A stretch of DNA of 64,000 nt from Phoronis australis (lineage: Eukaryota > Animalia > Phoronida): the NCBI GenBank assembly GCA_002633005.1, contig NMRA01000717.1, positions 120,075 through 184,074 of the forward strand, given 5' to 3'. The position numbers and the translations under genes were made by a program. Positions 13,901 to 55,248 of this stretch are shown piece by piece (positions within the stretch are counted from its first letter, which is position 1; each line of letters starts with the position of its first letter). Below the pieces are notes generated by a model that saw only the letters and a program-made list of their open reading frames with translations, searched no databases and was not told the origin of the DNA.

Positions 13901-16900
13901 AGATTAGGACAATTCTTTGTTGTGTGCAAAGCATGCCTGAGTGCACAGGGCATGCCGAAGTGTGCAGGGCATGGCGAAGTGTGCAGAGCGCCACGGAATC
14001 CCCAAGGCGCCATGGTAGTGTGCAGGGTGCAACAGAATGTGCGGGGAATGACGATGAAATGTATTCCAGCAAAGGATAAGAGGCCTCAAAAGAGAAATAA
14101 AGACACAGCGCTAAGTTTAAAGGGAACTTGTCTCTGCTTAGCTGCCAGTGTTGTATTCTGGACAAGAGTGCTTTGGGGTTTAAAAATATTACCACACTTT
14201 GCTAGTCCCATATCGGCCACCACCTCAAGCCAAGTGCAATGCGTACATGTACCGTTTTCATTCAAAGTTACAACTATAGGGTAAGTTTGGGTTTGTTGTC
14301 TTATTGACAACAAAAATTAAGTCTTATCACGCTGCAAATTATTACGTCACAGTTTTGTCAGCTTAGGTGGTTCAATTCTTGATCATATTAACAACTAAAT
14401 ACAGCAGTTTAAGTAACTGTCTGTGATGTTCCACAGATATCTCTTACCCACATCTTTTTCAGTATGTGCTTGACAGAAGACATGTCAAATGTCTCTGTGT
14501 CCGGCCCATTATGGTGAAACCCATCCACTACAAAACCTGCAAGGATCATTGACAGTACAGCGCATTGTCACTACAGCACATTGTCACTATAGCTTATTGT
14601 CACTACAGCACATTGTCACTTTAACACCTATTTGTAGATAATGCAGCGAAATGGTGAAGTAAGTGACTAGACAGTAACAGGTTGGTTGGTTTCAGAAGCT
14701 TTAATGTAGTAATCACAAGTTTAGCAAAAATAACCTCAACTGAATTGAAAGGGCTGTCTTCAAGGTACCATTAATACTTATAGATTGTTTCAATACTTAT
14801 CAGAGCAGAGGTAACTGAGATAAAGCTTTGCATAATACAAAACATTTGTGTAAGGATTGAAATTAGTCTAAAATCCTTCAACTTAGAGCAACAAAGCATA
14901 GTTTTTAACCTTGTAGTAAATATCCATTGTTTCCAAACAGTTACAATATACACACAGCCTTAATAGCAACATTATATTTCCAAAGATATTATGTTTGACG
15001 AGACATTTAACTTCTGTCATATTGTATCCTAGACTGAAGCGCCCCCTGTGAACAATGTCCAAGGCATGTGCATGACCCGAGGTAGTGCTGACCCTACCTG
15101 CCACAGGACGTTGTGCTGTTTCACAAGCAGATCTACAACGTTCCTGCACGTCAAAGCCACCAACTAGAACACCAAACATGGCCGACTGCAGCAGAGACTG
15201 GAAACAAAATGGTGACTTTTGACCCTAGCTTATAACAAGGCAGTGATGGCCTTTAAAGTGCCTGTCTTATAGAAATCATACAGTGATACACAGACTGTAG
15301 CCTGTAAATGCCCGTGTACCCCTACCAGATGGGAATTCGGCCAACACCCCCCCCCCCCCNNNNNNNNNNNNNNNNNNNNNNNNNNNNNNNNNNNNNACCC
15401 CCCCCCCCCCCCAATTCACCAAGATAATGTTTATCAATCTCAGCACCTACATTCTGGATATACAGCGATCACTTATGCAACATGACCCAAGATTTTAGTA
15501 AGGTTGGACACCAAACCTTCAGTCAGACTTCCATTGGACTAGATCAAACTCGACCAAGCTAAGGTGATGTTGAACCATGCCACAGTAAAATCATTCACCA
15601 ATCTTGTTCCACCATTTGGTCTCAGAAAGCAACAAGAAGTTGACACAGTGATAAGTGATGGATGTCGATGTGCCTGACTCCGCAAAAATATCTACAGTAC
15701 ACACAGAGTTTGACTAGTAATAAATTTTAACTAATCATTCAAGACACACGATGCACTTTTCTAACCTTTGACCCTTTCTGGAACTCCAAACATTCGTCCA
15801 AGAATGTCAGCGTCTTATCGACCAATCGGCGCAACTTTTTCTTGGCCGTGGTTTCATTGGCATCACCATCAGCGAGTGCATGGAACCAGTCTGGCTGACA
15901 TGACTCTATCATTTCCATGTAATCCTTGGACAGCAACTAAAATAAGCGCTGGCCAGGTGAACTACTGTACTATANCAACATGACCCAAGATTTTAGGATT
16001 TTAGTACGGTTGGACACCAAACCTTCAGTCAGACTTCCATTGGACTAGATCAAACTCGACCAAGCTAAGGTGATGTTGAACCATGCCACAGTAAAATCAA
16101 TCACTAATCTTGTTCCACCGTTTCGTCTCAGAAAGCAACAAGAAGTTGACACAGTGATAAGTGATGGATGTCGATGTGCCCGACCCCGCAAAAACATCTA
16201 CAGTACACACAGAGTTTGACTAGTAATAAATTTTAACTAATCATTCAAGACACACAATGCACTTTTCTAACCTTTGACCCTTTCTGGAACTCCAAACATT
16301 CGTCCAAGAATGTCAGCGTCTTATCGACCAATCGGCGCAACTTTTTCTTGGCCGTGGTTTCATTGGCATCACCATCAGCGAGTGCATGGAACCAGTCTGG
16401 CTGACATGACTCTATCATTTCCATGTAATCCTTGGACAGCAACTAAAATAAGCGCTGGCCAGGTGAACTACTGTACTATACTATAAACACACAAACATTA
16501 CTTACAAGAGAGGACTGCATTCTATCTAACAAGAACAGGGATTTGGTAGAGTGAAAATTCAAGCTTCAAACTGCATGATACAGCACATGTACAGACCATT
16601 GATTAGTCGCAAACTAAACCAGACCATGGGTAGATAACAATCAGTCAATGATTGAACAAAGCATTACCTGTGTCCAGCAGGCAAATGGAATGTCAAGCAT
16701 CTGAATGTATACCAAATTTAAGTGTACTCAACCGGGTTGTGGCAGACAGTATGACTAGACGACTGGAACACAAACACACACATCAACCTAGTGGCCCATC
16801 CAATGACAAACTTAAACACTGAGAAACAAATCATCATAACGTAAACCCCGCATATTATTATACTGCTCAAGGCATGAAAAAACAAAACATTAATATGTTG

Positions 16901-18741
16901 ATACATTACTGCAATTTTGCCTCCTTTCCCCCACACGGCAACATTCTTCTTCCCATTGTATCCAGGTGGCAGCACTATAGCAGGATCATGTAGGGAGGCA
17001 TACACGAGATGGCTCTGTAGGGCTGTGAAATGACCTAGACCTTTGTTGTATTGGCCGAGTTGATTCTTGTGCTCTAATCTAAAATGGAAATATCATTTAT
17101 TAAAACTCATTGCTATTTCTATTGCAAAGTAAGAAGAAAGTTAAACTTTCACGGTAACGTGGAATTCTAGAAAGGTTCACAAAGAGACTACATGGGGCAA
17201 AAAATCATGCAGACAATGAAGTCATTTTATACGAGTAAGTGATAAAAATACAGAAGATGAAATACCAAACATTCCATTAAATTCAACACAGCACTGGTCA
17301 TTGCTCAAAATCAAATAGGAACCTGAAACGTCATGTAAACATGTGATTTGAGACGCTGTGTACTGCCGTCACATTCCTTCTAGACAGAATATGACATTAC
17401 CTCTTCAAGCAAGCACTTTTATTATACTTACAACAAATTGAGAGGAAGGTGGGCACAAGAAGGCAATGAGCTAATGTGTGACAACATGTCCTGTGTCAAA
17501 TAGGGGGCGCTACCTGCAACAAAAAATAAAAGAAATATGGCATGGGAAGACAATGAGCTCTTGAGTGACAACGTGTCCATCATCAAATAGGGGACGCTGT
17601 TTCAAACAAAAACTAGCAAATGATGGTGAGTTAGATGTTCATAGGCTGGACCATACATGTATATCTTTTGGGTCCTACCCGGTCTCTTTTTCAGATTCCC
17701 GCCCTTCATTGTCCTGTGGTAACCAGGTGAGACACCTATTGGCCATCAGATGTTTTATCCTTAGGGTGGAGCTTAGTTGTCCACCCCTAAGACAAAACAT
17801 CTGGCTTCAAAAATGTGGTGTGAGCCACAAATTCATCTGTGCAGAATGCCCAGCATCATATTGGGGAAACTCAGTAATTTAGATAGAGTGAAGGAACACG
17901 GGCGAAAAAATCTTGGTACTCTCACAGTAGTGGTAGACCACTGTGTGTCAACCCTTCACAATATTACCCCAAATGATGTGACTATCCTGGCCAAGGACAT
18001 ATTCTGGAGCCGCATAATATGCGCGTCTGTCAAGACCAGGAGGGGGAAACCCTACCTTAATATGGATCGGAGGTATGACCTGTCTCTCATCTATAATTTC
18101 ATAGCTTCATGTCACCACCAGTAGGTGTCTCACCTGGCTACCACGTGACGGGAGGGCGGGAAAGTTCGACACTAAAGAAGGGCTCGGGTAAGACCTGAAA
18201 GCTAATGCAATCCAAAGCTTGACCAGACTCCAAACAGGAGTCACATCATGAAATTCATTCCACCAAAAACTAGTGATATTAAATAGTGATATCAAATAGT
18301 GATATTAAACAGTGATATTAAACAGTGATATTAAACAGTGATATTAAACAGTGATATTAAACAGTGATATTAAACAGTGATATTAAACAGTGATATTAAA
18401 TAGTGATATTAAATAGTGATATTAAATAGTGATATTAAATAGTGATATCAAAACAAGCAGATGGAAGTGTGAGCAGCAGACTATTCACAATCTGAGAGCA
18501 GGCAGAAGCTATAACAACAATACATTTGCAATTAACTTAACATTCAGGCATGCATCAAGTTTAGACCAGATGTGACAAAAACACAATAACCAAGTTGACC
18601 TGGACATAACCACACCTCACCTTTCTTGGTATACACCATACACATGGGTGTAGTGAATACCTTGTCACCTTGGAGACCTGCTTCAGTAATAACACCCAAT
18701 CTACAGCCGCCATTACGCACTTTAGTGATTGAGAATTTCAT
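10948..18741 (-). CDS. QTRT2: queuine tRNA-ribosyltransferase accessory subunit 2 (QTRTD1)
   Basis: Phase-consistent GT-AG exons: 18741-18621, 17513-17432, 17078-16910, 16442-16272, 15197-15098, 14536-14448, 13812-13589, 13437-13312, 11056-10948. The protein [117 protein letters not shown] matches QTRT2, including the C-x-C-x2-C...H zinc site. AATAAA at 10892-10887. Confidence 0.96.
11337..11500. repeat. 28-bp minisatellite, ~6 copies
   Basis: actagacagcacactcagaacctccac unit; only one unit in the alternative copy at ~12495. Confidence 0.95.
11518..11725. mobile_element. small TIR element (catgcgcgca termini)
   Basis: catgcacgcaaccag ... ctagctgcgcgcatg; related sequence at ~1070-1290 and a duplicate at ~12856-13064. 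Confidence 0.5.
15478..15974. other. probable uncollapsed-haplotype duplicate of 15976-16480 (extra QTRT2 exon 4)
   Basis: Near-identical direct repeat abutting a single N at 15975; exon copy 15766-15936 encodes the same peptide. Confidence 0.85.
18271..18450. repeat. 13-bp tandem repeat
   Basis: agtgatattaaa(c/t) x ~13. Confidence 0.95.
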
Positions 18742-19167
18742 GCTGAAATGCAAAAAAAATTTGCTTGCAGATATTAATAGCAGAAGACATTTGCACCAGA
18801 ATATATTTATAATACTAGAAGGCATTTATAGCACAGACATTTAAAAATACCAGATGACATTAAGAGATATTTATAGCAAGACATTTACTACAAAGTTTGC
18901 TTCAAGCACGAGCTGGAGGAGTTACATGTTGAATTAGTGAGAGTTCTCTACTGTACATGTAATCAAGAAGTGTTGTGAGAGAACAACAGAGTTTGATTGA
19001 ACTGAAAAGTGATCCCTCAGTTCTCTAAGCAGTGTTGTGTCTTTCTTGTTCAAGGTGCGAGTCACACAAGACCTCTCTTAATACTGGCTCAATTGTGGTG
19101 AGAAGGAAAGCAGTTTCAATGCCAGCCAGCTAATTGCATGAAGACTACCGTCAAAATGTATCATTAC

Positions 19168-19700
19168 GTTGCTCCCAACTTGTTCGATTGCATAGACCAA
19201 CAACAAGTTGGGAAGATGACCTTGTAGCCAATATCTTACACAAGTGATTAACCCCATTCTGGCATTTATGGTTGGAGGGCCAGCTCTCTTTTGTTCAATA
19301 ATTGCTCTAATCTCCAATAAGATCATATCTAGCCTGACTGGGCCGAGGTGTTAAAAATAAAAGTTACGTTATAACATATTTGAACATTAACCAGTAGCAT
19401 TTCTGAAATCCTCGTCAAAGGGTGATCATGTTTAGTTTTTGAATCACCTAAATCGCCCAACTACAACCGGAGGTAAGACAATTTATTCTTCCCGAACGTA
19501 CCAAAATCGCTCTGGGTTTGACTGTGTTCACAAGTGGTCTGTAATATGCCTGGTAGATAATTGGCCAGTCTGTTGTCATACCAGACAAAAGACTGTGCTT
19601 GGCAGTTAACAAAGAAGCTAAATGTTATCACACACTCACAACCCTCTACCTCTGGTAAAGTCAGTGAACGGAAAAACGCCGTCATGTGGCTTTGCCACGC
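19168..19700. mobile_element. dispersed repeat family copy 2
   Basis: Aligns by eye with 7890-8435. Confidence 0.75.
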
Positions 19701-20687
19701 CAAGACTAGCAGTTTCAATGGGTAAAACATAGAAGTGCTAGTAAAAAGTCAACGCAGCAATCAAGTAATTTTGGGGAATACCTCAAAACCAGCAAAGCCA
19801 ACAGCGCAGAGTGTACCTTGAGACCGTTCACAATTTCAATGGACTTTCAGTTGCTAGTAAAGGCAATAATCAGTGGCGGATTTGGGGGAGGGGCAAGAGA
19901 GCCATGTCCCCTCCAATTTCTCCCTAATTCCATTAGGTAGTTCGGGGGTGCGAATGTCTGAGGGCAAAATCATGGTTAATATTCACTTATGGCTCCCCTA
20001 ACTCAAAATCCTGGGCCCTTCCCTCATAGTCATATTGCCGGTGTAATGTAGGATTATGGGTTTTCTCCACTGAATCACGCCTCACGGGCATCAAACTGGT
20101 TCTCAAAATACAGGCACGATGTATCCGACTATTGCCAGTAAACGCAATGATTTTGAACTTATGACTGTCACGCAGATACCACGCTCGACACTGGCCGCCA
20201 CTAGCAAAGCCACGGAACTGAACGTCGTGGTTGATGGACAATAAAGTGCCGGGTGGAGTGGATTTTCTCCAAGCCACCGTGGCGTCCTCCGTCTCCCTTT
20301 CTCGCTCTCTTTCTCTTTCTCTCTCAAGCTACATTTGTGTTTCACTAAGAGATCGGGTTCATTTTTTTGCATTAGAACATCAGCTAAAGAAGTTATTTTC
20401 TTGCAATACCTCCAAAAAGAGTTACAATTCAACACGAGCTTTGTGCCAGGAAGGAGAAAATTTCATTCGAACATGTTCATGTGAGGACGAGGATAGTAAT
20501 TCTATTTTCTTCCGTAAAGAGCAGTAGGGAACCTCCTTTTGCTCAATGTCTTGTGTAACTGCTGGCTCTTCAACGTGGCACAAATATAGGAACCTGACTG
20601 GTAAATATATAAAATACAACTAGATATATTATTTCTCACTCATTTATGAATAAAGATAGCATGTTCTTACAATCTTTATACGCGAAA

Positions 20688-20910
20688 ACTCACCCATTGA
20701 TTTTATGCAAGTAACGATCCTAAAGGAAGTGACGTCAGTTTTCAAAATACATTTGCATATTTTGTCGTTGCTCGCCATTTTTGTGTCTTCTACGGGATTC
20801 TGACAGCTTCCCCAATCGTTATTAATCGTCAGCATCCTACATTTACGAGTATTTATTAGGACAGTACATTGTTCTTAAGTAATCACCCATTGGAACGGAC
20901 CGAGGTAAGT
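20688..20910. promoter_or_regulatory. putative bidirectional promoter with first non-coding exons of QTRT2 (-) and PRRC2 (+)
   Basis: Minus-strand donor G|GTGAGT at 20693-20688, plus-strand donor GAG|GTAAGT at 20905. Between them: GGAAGTGACGTCA (ETS-CRE, 20725-20737), ATTTGCAT octamer (20751-20758), CGCCATTTT (YY1, 20773-20781). Confidence 0.65.
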
Positions 20911-21388
20911 CACCAAATGTGAAAATGCGTTTGAATTTTTTTATGCTTTTAACTACGCAATCGGCTTCCTTTTTCTTCTGAATATCTAATGACCTTATTG
21001 ACCCATAATTTCATACTCAGTGTGTTCCTTTGTGCTACCCCAATCGACGCCTACTGTTAGATGAGCGAAGGAAGGTGTGGATCATCTTTGCCTCAAGTCA
21101 AATGCAAGTAATTAAATAACTGAGTGAGTGGCGATGTCTCAATGGCAGGGGGTCTTATGAATTGATTCGCAGTTCTCGTTGGACGAGTTTAACTTGCGAA
21201 AAACTTAACAACAGCGAAATAACTTTTATTTAAGGTTTCTCTTCTGATGAGGAATTTTGCTGCCTATCGTTGGCCATTCTGTAACACACATCCACTGAAC
21301 GGGTCCGTTATTCAATGACAATGACACCTTGGTTCTTAAAATAGGATCCGCTGCTGGGACTGCGATGTGTTCTCCACTCATGCCAGTT

Positions 21389-22136
21389 CAGGCAACACGT
21401 AGTCCTAGCCCCTCGGTTGGCCACCCGCGGCATTGAGGGCGATGTTATTACTTAATGCCAGTTTAGGCAATTCCATCGCCATGGATGCCGCAGGCATACA
21501 GGGGCGATAGTACATCTTCACAAAAATGCACATGAAGTTATAAACAATTCATATCATAATGATTCAGTCTAGATAAATTGAACAAATTGGTGAAAGTCTG
21601 TCGAGGTTTGCTCTAGTTTCTCTTCCCGGTTGCCATTTTGAAGAAGTTGCATGAAATCACGCATGTTGACAAATAAAAAGCCCAAGGGCACAGATCTTAC
21701 AAATTTCACCTGTTACCTTCTCGTGCTATTTTGCAAGTGTCACGTGCTAGTGTTCCGCGTTTCGCTCAATTTTGCGCTAGCCTTTGCCTAACTCACGTGA
21801 CTCAGTTGACATACTTTGTGGTTATCGCGCATGGTGAAAAAGTTGACGACAACCAAAAAAGTGGAATTGGAATTCTTCGCCAAAGTCAATTTAATTCTCA
21901 CAACTACGCTTCATCAAAGATATGTATAGAAGTAGAAAAGACCAATGATGAAATTAAGCGTTTTTTTAAATGATAGTTTTAAGTGTGGAATGTATTTTTT
22001 GACAAGGTGAAAACTCAAAATCGGTGGCCGTTTTGGTCTTTCTCCTGTTTAAAATACATGTAACGAAATGCGCACAGAAAGCGAATGTAAGTATTGTAGC
22101 CCCTAAATGGCCAACCGAGGGGCTACGTGTTGCCTA
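21389..22136. mobile_element. non-autonomous TIR element with 9-bp TSD
   Basis: TIR caggcaacacgtag(tcctag)cccctcggttggcca / tggccaaccgaggggctacgtgttgccta; TSD atgccagtt at 21380-21388 and 22137-22145. Confidence 0.7.
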
Positions 22137-23703
22137 ATGCCAGTTACCCTGATTTCCAGTACCAGTCAATCACTGGACAACTGGATATCACCTGGGCTCA
22201 GTTGCATAAAGTTATACGCCATTTAGCAAGATGTCGCATTATCACGTGTCACGTTCTTATTGTTGAGCAATGCACCTGACGTCATGCAACAATCAAACTT
22301 GTCTTTCCAACTCGAACAATTACTAACGTTATCATACATTTTCTTTGAGCAATCCCTTGTACAGTTCCCAATGTCAGTAAAACCAGTTTTAACACTGCAG
22401 CAGGTGGGTATGACGTCATATCCCCCGACGTGCCCTCAGTGAAAGTGGCGAGTTAGCGATTTTGGGAACTGAACAAGGGACTGCTCAAACAAAAAGTTAG
22501 AGTATTTGTTTAAGTGAGAGTAGAGATGATTATCACTGTCTAGTATTCTATATGTCTAAATCATCTGAGAACCATATAGGGCTCCAGTTACTGGTTATGT
22601 TTATCCCCAGATGTATGTCAAAACTGAACCTTACAATTAAGTTTTGTTATTATCTTGCTGCTTAAGTGGTGATCTTGAAACCCTCCAATGTCTGCATAAA
22701 GGAAATGTGTGTGTGAAATTGTGAATAAAGTTTTAGCAATTACCCGCTCCCTCTCTGTATTTCTACCTGTGGGATCAGATAGGGGTTAGATATTTTTGTC
22801 AGTAAAACCCAAGATTTATCAGCAGATATCACTGGTATTCATGTTTGAATCAGAAATTTTGCTATTTCCTCTAGGTGTTGGACATTTGTACTGATGTGTC
22901 AAACTCTGTCAGGACATTCTGAAAATCAGCTTTGCCATAGGAGGAGGGGTTCATATAGGATTCCTGAACAGCATTAGGTGCAGAGTACACGCTGACACAT
23001 AGAGGGTCGTGATGCTATTGTACGACCGTGACGAGCCGACCTCAGTTTGATGTAACATGATGAGATAACAGTGACATGGTTGACTCTGATTTGTAATTCG
23101 ACTCGTTTGGATACTACCATTTTAAATCAAATCACTCTCCTGTGTTTCTGAGGTTTTGCTCCATGATAGGGGGAATGAAAGGGAAGTTGAAGGCCTCAGG
23201 AAAAGTTAGCCTATTTTATTAGCACCCAATCAGCGTGCTCCTGGATTGCTCTGCCTCTAAAGTTACTGTTTTTAATTGATTTGATGATACCTGGGATTAT
23301 GTGAGTGTTCTGTCGAGCATATTGGTTGACATGTATGGTGAAAGCTGTTGGAGACGCTTTGCTGTGGATGTTGAATGAGGAGAACCTAGGTTTTTGTTTG
23401 GCTTAACATGATTACCTTGAGAGTACTTCTGTCTGTAAAACTCCTGCCTACAATGTAGGTTATCATGGCTTAATGCCTCTTGTCTAGACTACATAGGATA
23501 TACCTGGTTGAAAGTAGTAGAATATCCATCTGCAGACTACAGATGTCAGTTGATTTGTACTTGCTGCTCGTCTCTACTTGCCAGTAGAGGTCACATCTCC
23601 GGGTAGTAGTTGTCTCTCCACAAAGATTTATAAGTTGTTGCCAGCAGCGTTGACACCACATGAGCATGTCCGATAAGGGGACCATGATGCAGGCATTCAA
23701 AGT

Positions 23704-23782
23704 GGGTCCACCCAAAATGGGTCCACCCAAAATGGGTCCACCCAAAATGGGTCCACCCAAAATGGGTCCACCCAAAATGGGT
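23704..23782. repeat. 15-bp tandem repeat x5
   Basis: gggtccacccaaaat repeated. Confidence 0.95.
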
Positions 23783-23958
23783 TTCCCAGTTTCACAAGCC
23801 ATCCATGTGACCAATGACATGACCCCAAGTGAAATTTCTGTTACAGTGCGGTATGTTACTGTGGATACCTAGTTCTGTAATGAAGTTTTTCTAATCTAAT
23901 ATCATTTCACGTATAAATTTTGAGTTGGGGTGTCCATTGGTATGCCCTGGACACAGGC

Positions 23959-24037
23959 CTGTGTTGCATACACTGGACTGTGTTGCATACACTGGACTGT
24001 GTTGCATACACTGGACTGTGTTGCATACACTGGACTG
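23959..24037. repeat. 19-bp tandem repeat x4
   Basis: ctgtgttgcatacactgga repeated. Confidence 0.95.
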
Positions 24038-24525
24038 ATGGGAAGGCATGTTGAGATCACCTACTAGAGCTCTATGTTTTCAATTAACTATATGTTCACC
24101 TGTGTTAAGGTTCTACCCTATCACCTCTCACAGATATACTGGCTTATGTGTATGCATGTCTGTGTCTGTATGTGTGTCTGTCCCCAGATTGTTGAACACA
24201 CTTGACCGTCTACTTGTCTATTCTATAGGCAGTTAGCGTGTTACTTTGGGGAATGAATGCCTTGAACATGTAGCTTTATAATAAATCTTCCAACAATTTT
24301 GACTTGTTGCATATGTTTTCAAGCACAGAGTAAATAAATGTGACTTTCAATTCAATCTATCAACTGTCAAAATGTGTATATTAGGCAAAGTGTCTATTAC
24401 TTCCAGTTGCGTATACTGTGTTGTTTAACTTTAAATGAATTCATTTTACCACGTGTTTCTCTTTAGGTATTACCGGACCGTTCTCGGGAACTTAGGCACG
24501 CATTGTCAATGGTATCTCCGGCAAG

Positions 24526-52804
<28,279 letters not shown>

Positions 52805-55242
52805 ATGGACATTGGATAGTAGACTTGTGTCGCAGATGGACATTGGATAGTAGACTTGTGTCGCAGATGGACATTGTGTATTGTGGCTCGGTGTCTGCTG
52901 AACAAGTAGTGAACAATAATTGGTGTGGCTGGTTGTCTTATAATTCACTGAGGTGTTGTCACAGATCTTGATAATCTAGGTGTGGTAAAATGAGTTTTAG
53001 ATTTGTCTTGTTCTGGCTTTAAGTATTCTCTTGATATAGTGAGAGGTGTAAACGCCATGTGTTGTTCTAAGGTATGCCAGTCTAGGTGTGTGGAGGGCAC
53101 CCGCCAAACTATTATAAAGTAATGTATGCCTGGCCTCACAATTAGGCATTAGTGTTTGACATGGTCATCGCATTTTGTGAAATGACAAATGTGTGTGGGT
53201 GTAGTTTTGTGCTGACCTTTGAACTTTTGACCTTTAAACAGGATTGTTGTAGTATCGTTATTAACATCCCGATATCAAGCTATCTGCCTACTTCTTGATT
53301 ATATTTGGACTACCTTGCTGGTTGTTCAGATGTCCAGTGGATGTCCTGCGATAGACCGAGGGGTTGCAGAACAGCTGCCTCCTCTGTTGTCTCACTGTAG
53401 TAGGAGGTCAAGCAGTGACCCTGTACTACTGTTACCATGTATGTATATTTGTAGTTAACTGATTTCTATTGTTTGTTATTATAATTGCACAAGGCGTAAT
53501 GTTTACCTGTCCTGACACTAAGTTGTTTTCATTATTGTTCGTAGTGATTTTTTGGGAAGACACTATCTGCAAAGTGTCACTTGTATTGACCAGTGGCCAG
53601 TTGGATTCTCAGTGTTGTACATAAGATTTTGCAGAATAAGAACTATCTTCTGTAGTTATAGTTCTGCCAAAACCATTCCCAACTGATCTATTACCTTGTT
53701 TTATCTGAGCTACTTGGTGATTTGAAAACAGTGGGACTTTCCTTTCTCGAAAGAACACTTGGTTAATTGTGCTGTTTGCCATTTGAACTCGCTCAAAGTG
53801 AGCACGTATATATGGGATAACCATATACGCTAGTGAACCCCAAATGAAGTCATGCGTACAACATGAGTCGGCAGTGTCCAAGGATTTTAGTTTCTGTTTA
53901 ACTTGTTTTTTTTTTTGAGAGCATTGACTTTGTGTCTGACCACTGAGCATTGCTTGGTGTTCAACTAGATAGCAGGACAGAGATCGTTTTAGCTCTGGTT
54001 GATTTTGTTAGGCATGTCTCTTTTTCTTACTGTATTTATGTAAATGCTGCTAGAGGATATTGTGGTAACCATGTTCAGGCCACGGAATTTGTGCAGACGA
54101 TAATTTACTGAAGGACATTAGTCAAATTTGACAAACCTTAAACCAACTTTTTTTATTTCAAGCTTGTACTACATCGCCATCTATTGGCTGTGACATTACT
54201 TTTGAGTGATAACAACCACTGCTCAGCAAGCTTCAGTGTATTTGGCCGAGCTTGAATAACAGTTTCCAACATTAAATTATGCACCCTTTGTTGTGCTTGT
54301 ATGGTAATTACTGGAAACTGTTCTTCAAGCTTGTTATTGTGTTATTCAAGCTTGTTATTGTGTTATTCAGGCTTGTTATTGTGTGTATTCCTGGGCGACT
54401 TCTGGTCCTCTACTTGTAAATTATTAACTTTGGGGCCCTTTGTATGAGGAATATACTGAAGTGTAGGTTTGCAGTGCATTAAATTTATCTCACATTCAAC
54501 TCTGTGGGGTTTGAGATGTTAGCCATATTCAGGAAAGTGCTTTGGCTACTTTCCGAATATTCACAAAGTGAGCATAACTTGGACACTGTCCTGCTGCTCA
54601 TTTGTTATACATAGATGGTGCATTGACCTGTTCATAAAATCAGTTTGATCAGAGTCCCTTGAATTTGTCATGTATGTTACTCTGAGTGTTGCACTAATTC
54701 ACAAGGTGTACAGACTATGCCAGTGATTGGTTATGTTTGGTCAGCTGATAGTTGTAAAGGGCATGTGTATGTAGTATTGAGCTGTGTGCTAAGCCTACAG
54801 TGTTCATAACAGGAAGTAGTTGGATGATGCTACATGTAGCTATTGATAAATCTGTGCAGTCAATAGTTGACCTGTATATCTGGTCTCCCAGTGATTTTTG
54901 TACAGCAGTGCAGAGGAACACTGTAGTTGTGTTTTTGTTTAACATGAAAAAGGTTTTGACATCATTGATGTTGTTTGCTTATATCATTGTTGTTCTTTGG
55001 CACACAATCCAAGATTTTACCACCAGATGGCAGGGCATGTCAATGCTTATCTCTAATCATTGTTTAACAGAAATGGGTTCTGCTTTTGTAATGAGCAGAA
55101 TTTGTATTCTGTTATGGCATGGTCTGGTTTTTGTTTGTTCGTTTGTTTGTTTGTTTGTTTAATATTGATCAGACTTCAGTGGCCTGACGTGGTTACCATG
55201 ACATCACTTGAACCATGGAAGTCGTGGTTATAGTTAATTTCC

Positions 55243-55248
55243 AATAAA
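55243..55248 (+). terminator. probable PRRC2 polyadenylation signal
   Basis: AATAAA after a ~2.4-kb UG-rich 3' UTR, followed by U/GU-rich sequence. Confidence 0.55.

Noticed and set aside
15739-16442. Apparent mutually exclusive duplicate QTRT2 exons
   Set aside because: Exon copies encode the same peptide, introns are near-identical and the copies are joined by a single N; most likely an assembly overlap.
17645-18230. Inverted repeat giving similar peptides (QVRHLL) on both strands
   Set aside because: Diverged TIRs of an old intronic element rather than coding sequence; ends and TSD not resolvable.
19987-20619. Overlapping ORFs upstream of QTRT2 as a separate gene
   Set aside because: No recognisable domain, interrupted by stops and a (CT)n tract; likely intron 1 of QTRT2.
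21212-21262. CTGATGAG plus upstream CGAAA as a hammerhead ribozyme or C/D snoRNA
   Set aside because: Stem I is absent and stem III is mis-registered; no recognisable rRNA guide. Only a weak AU-rich fold remains.
23057-23151. ATGATGA...CTGA candidate snoRNA in PRRC2 intron 1
   Set aside because: Weak terminal stem and no rRNA/snRNA complementarity that I can recognise.
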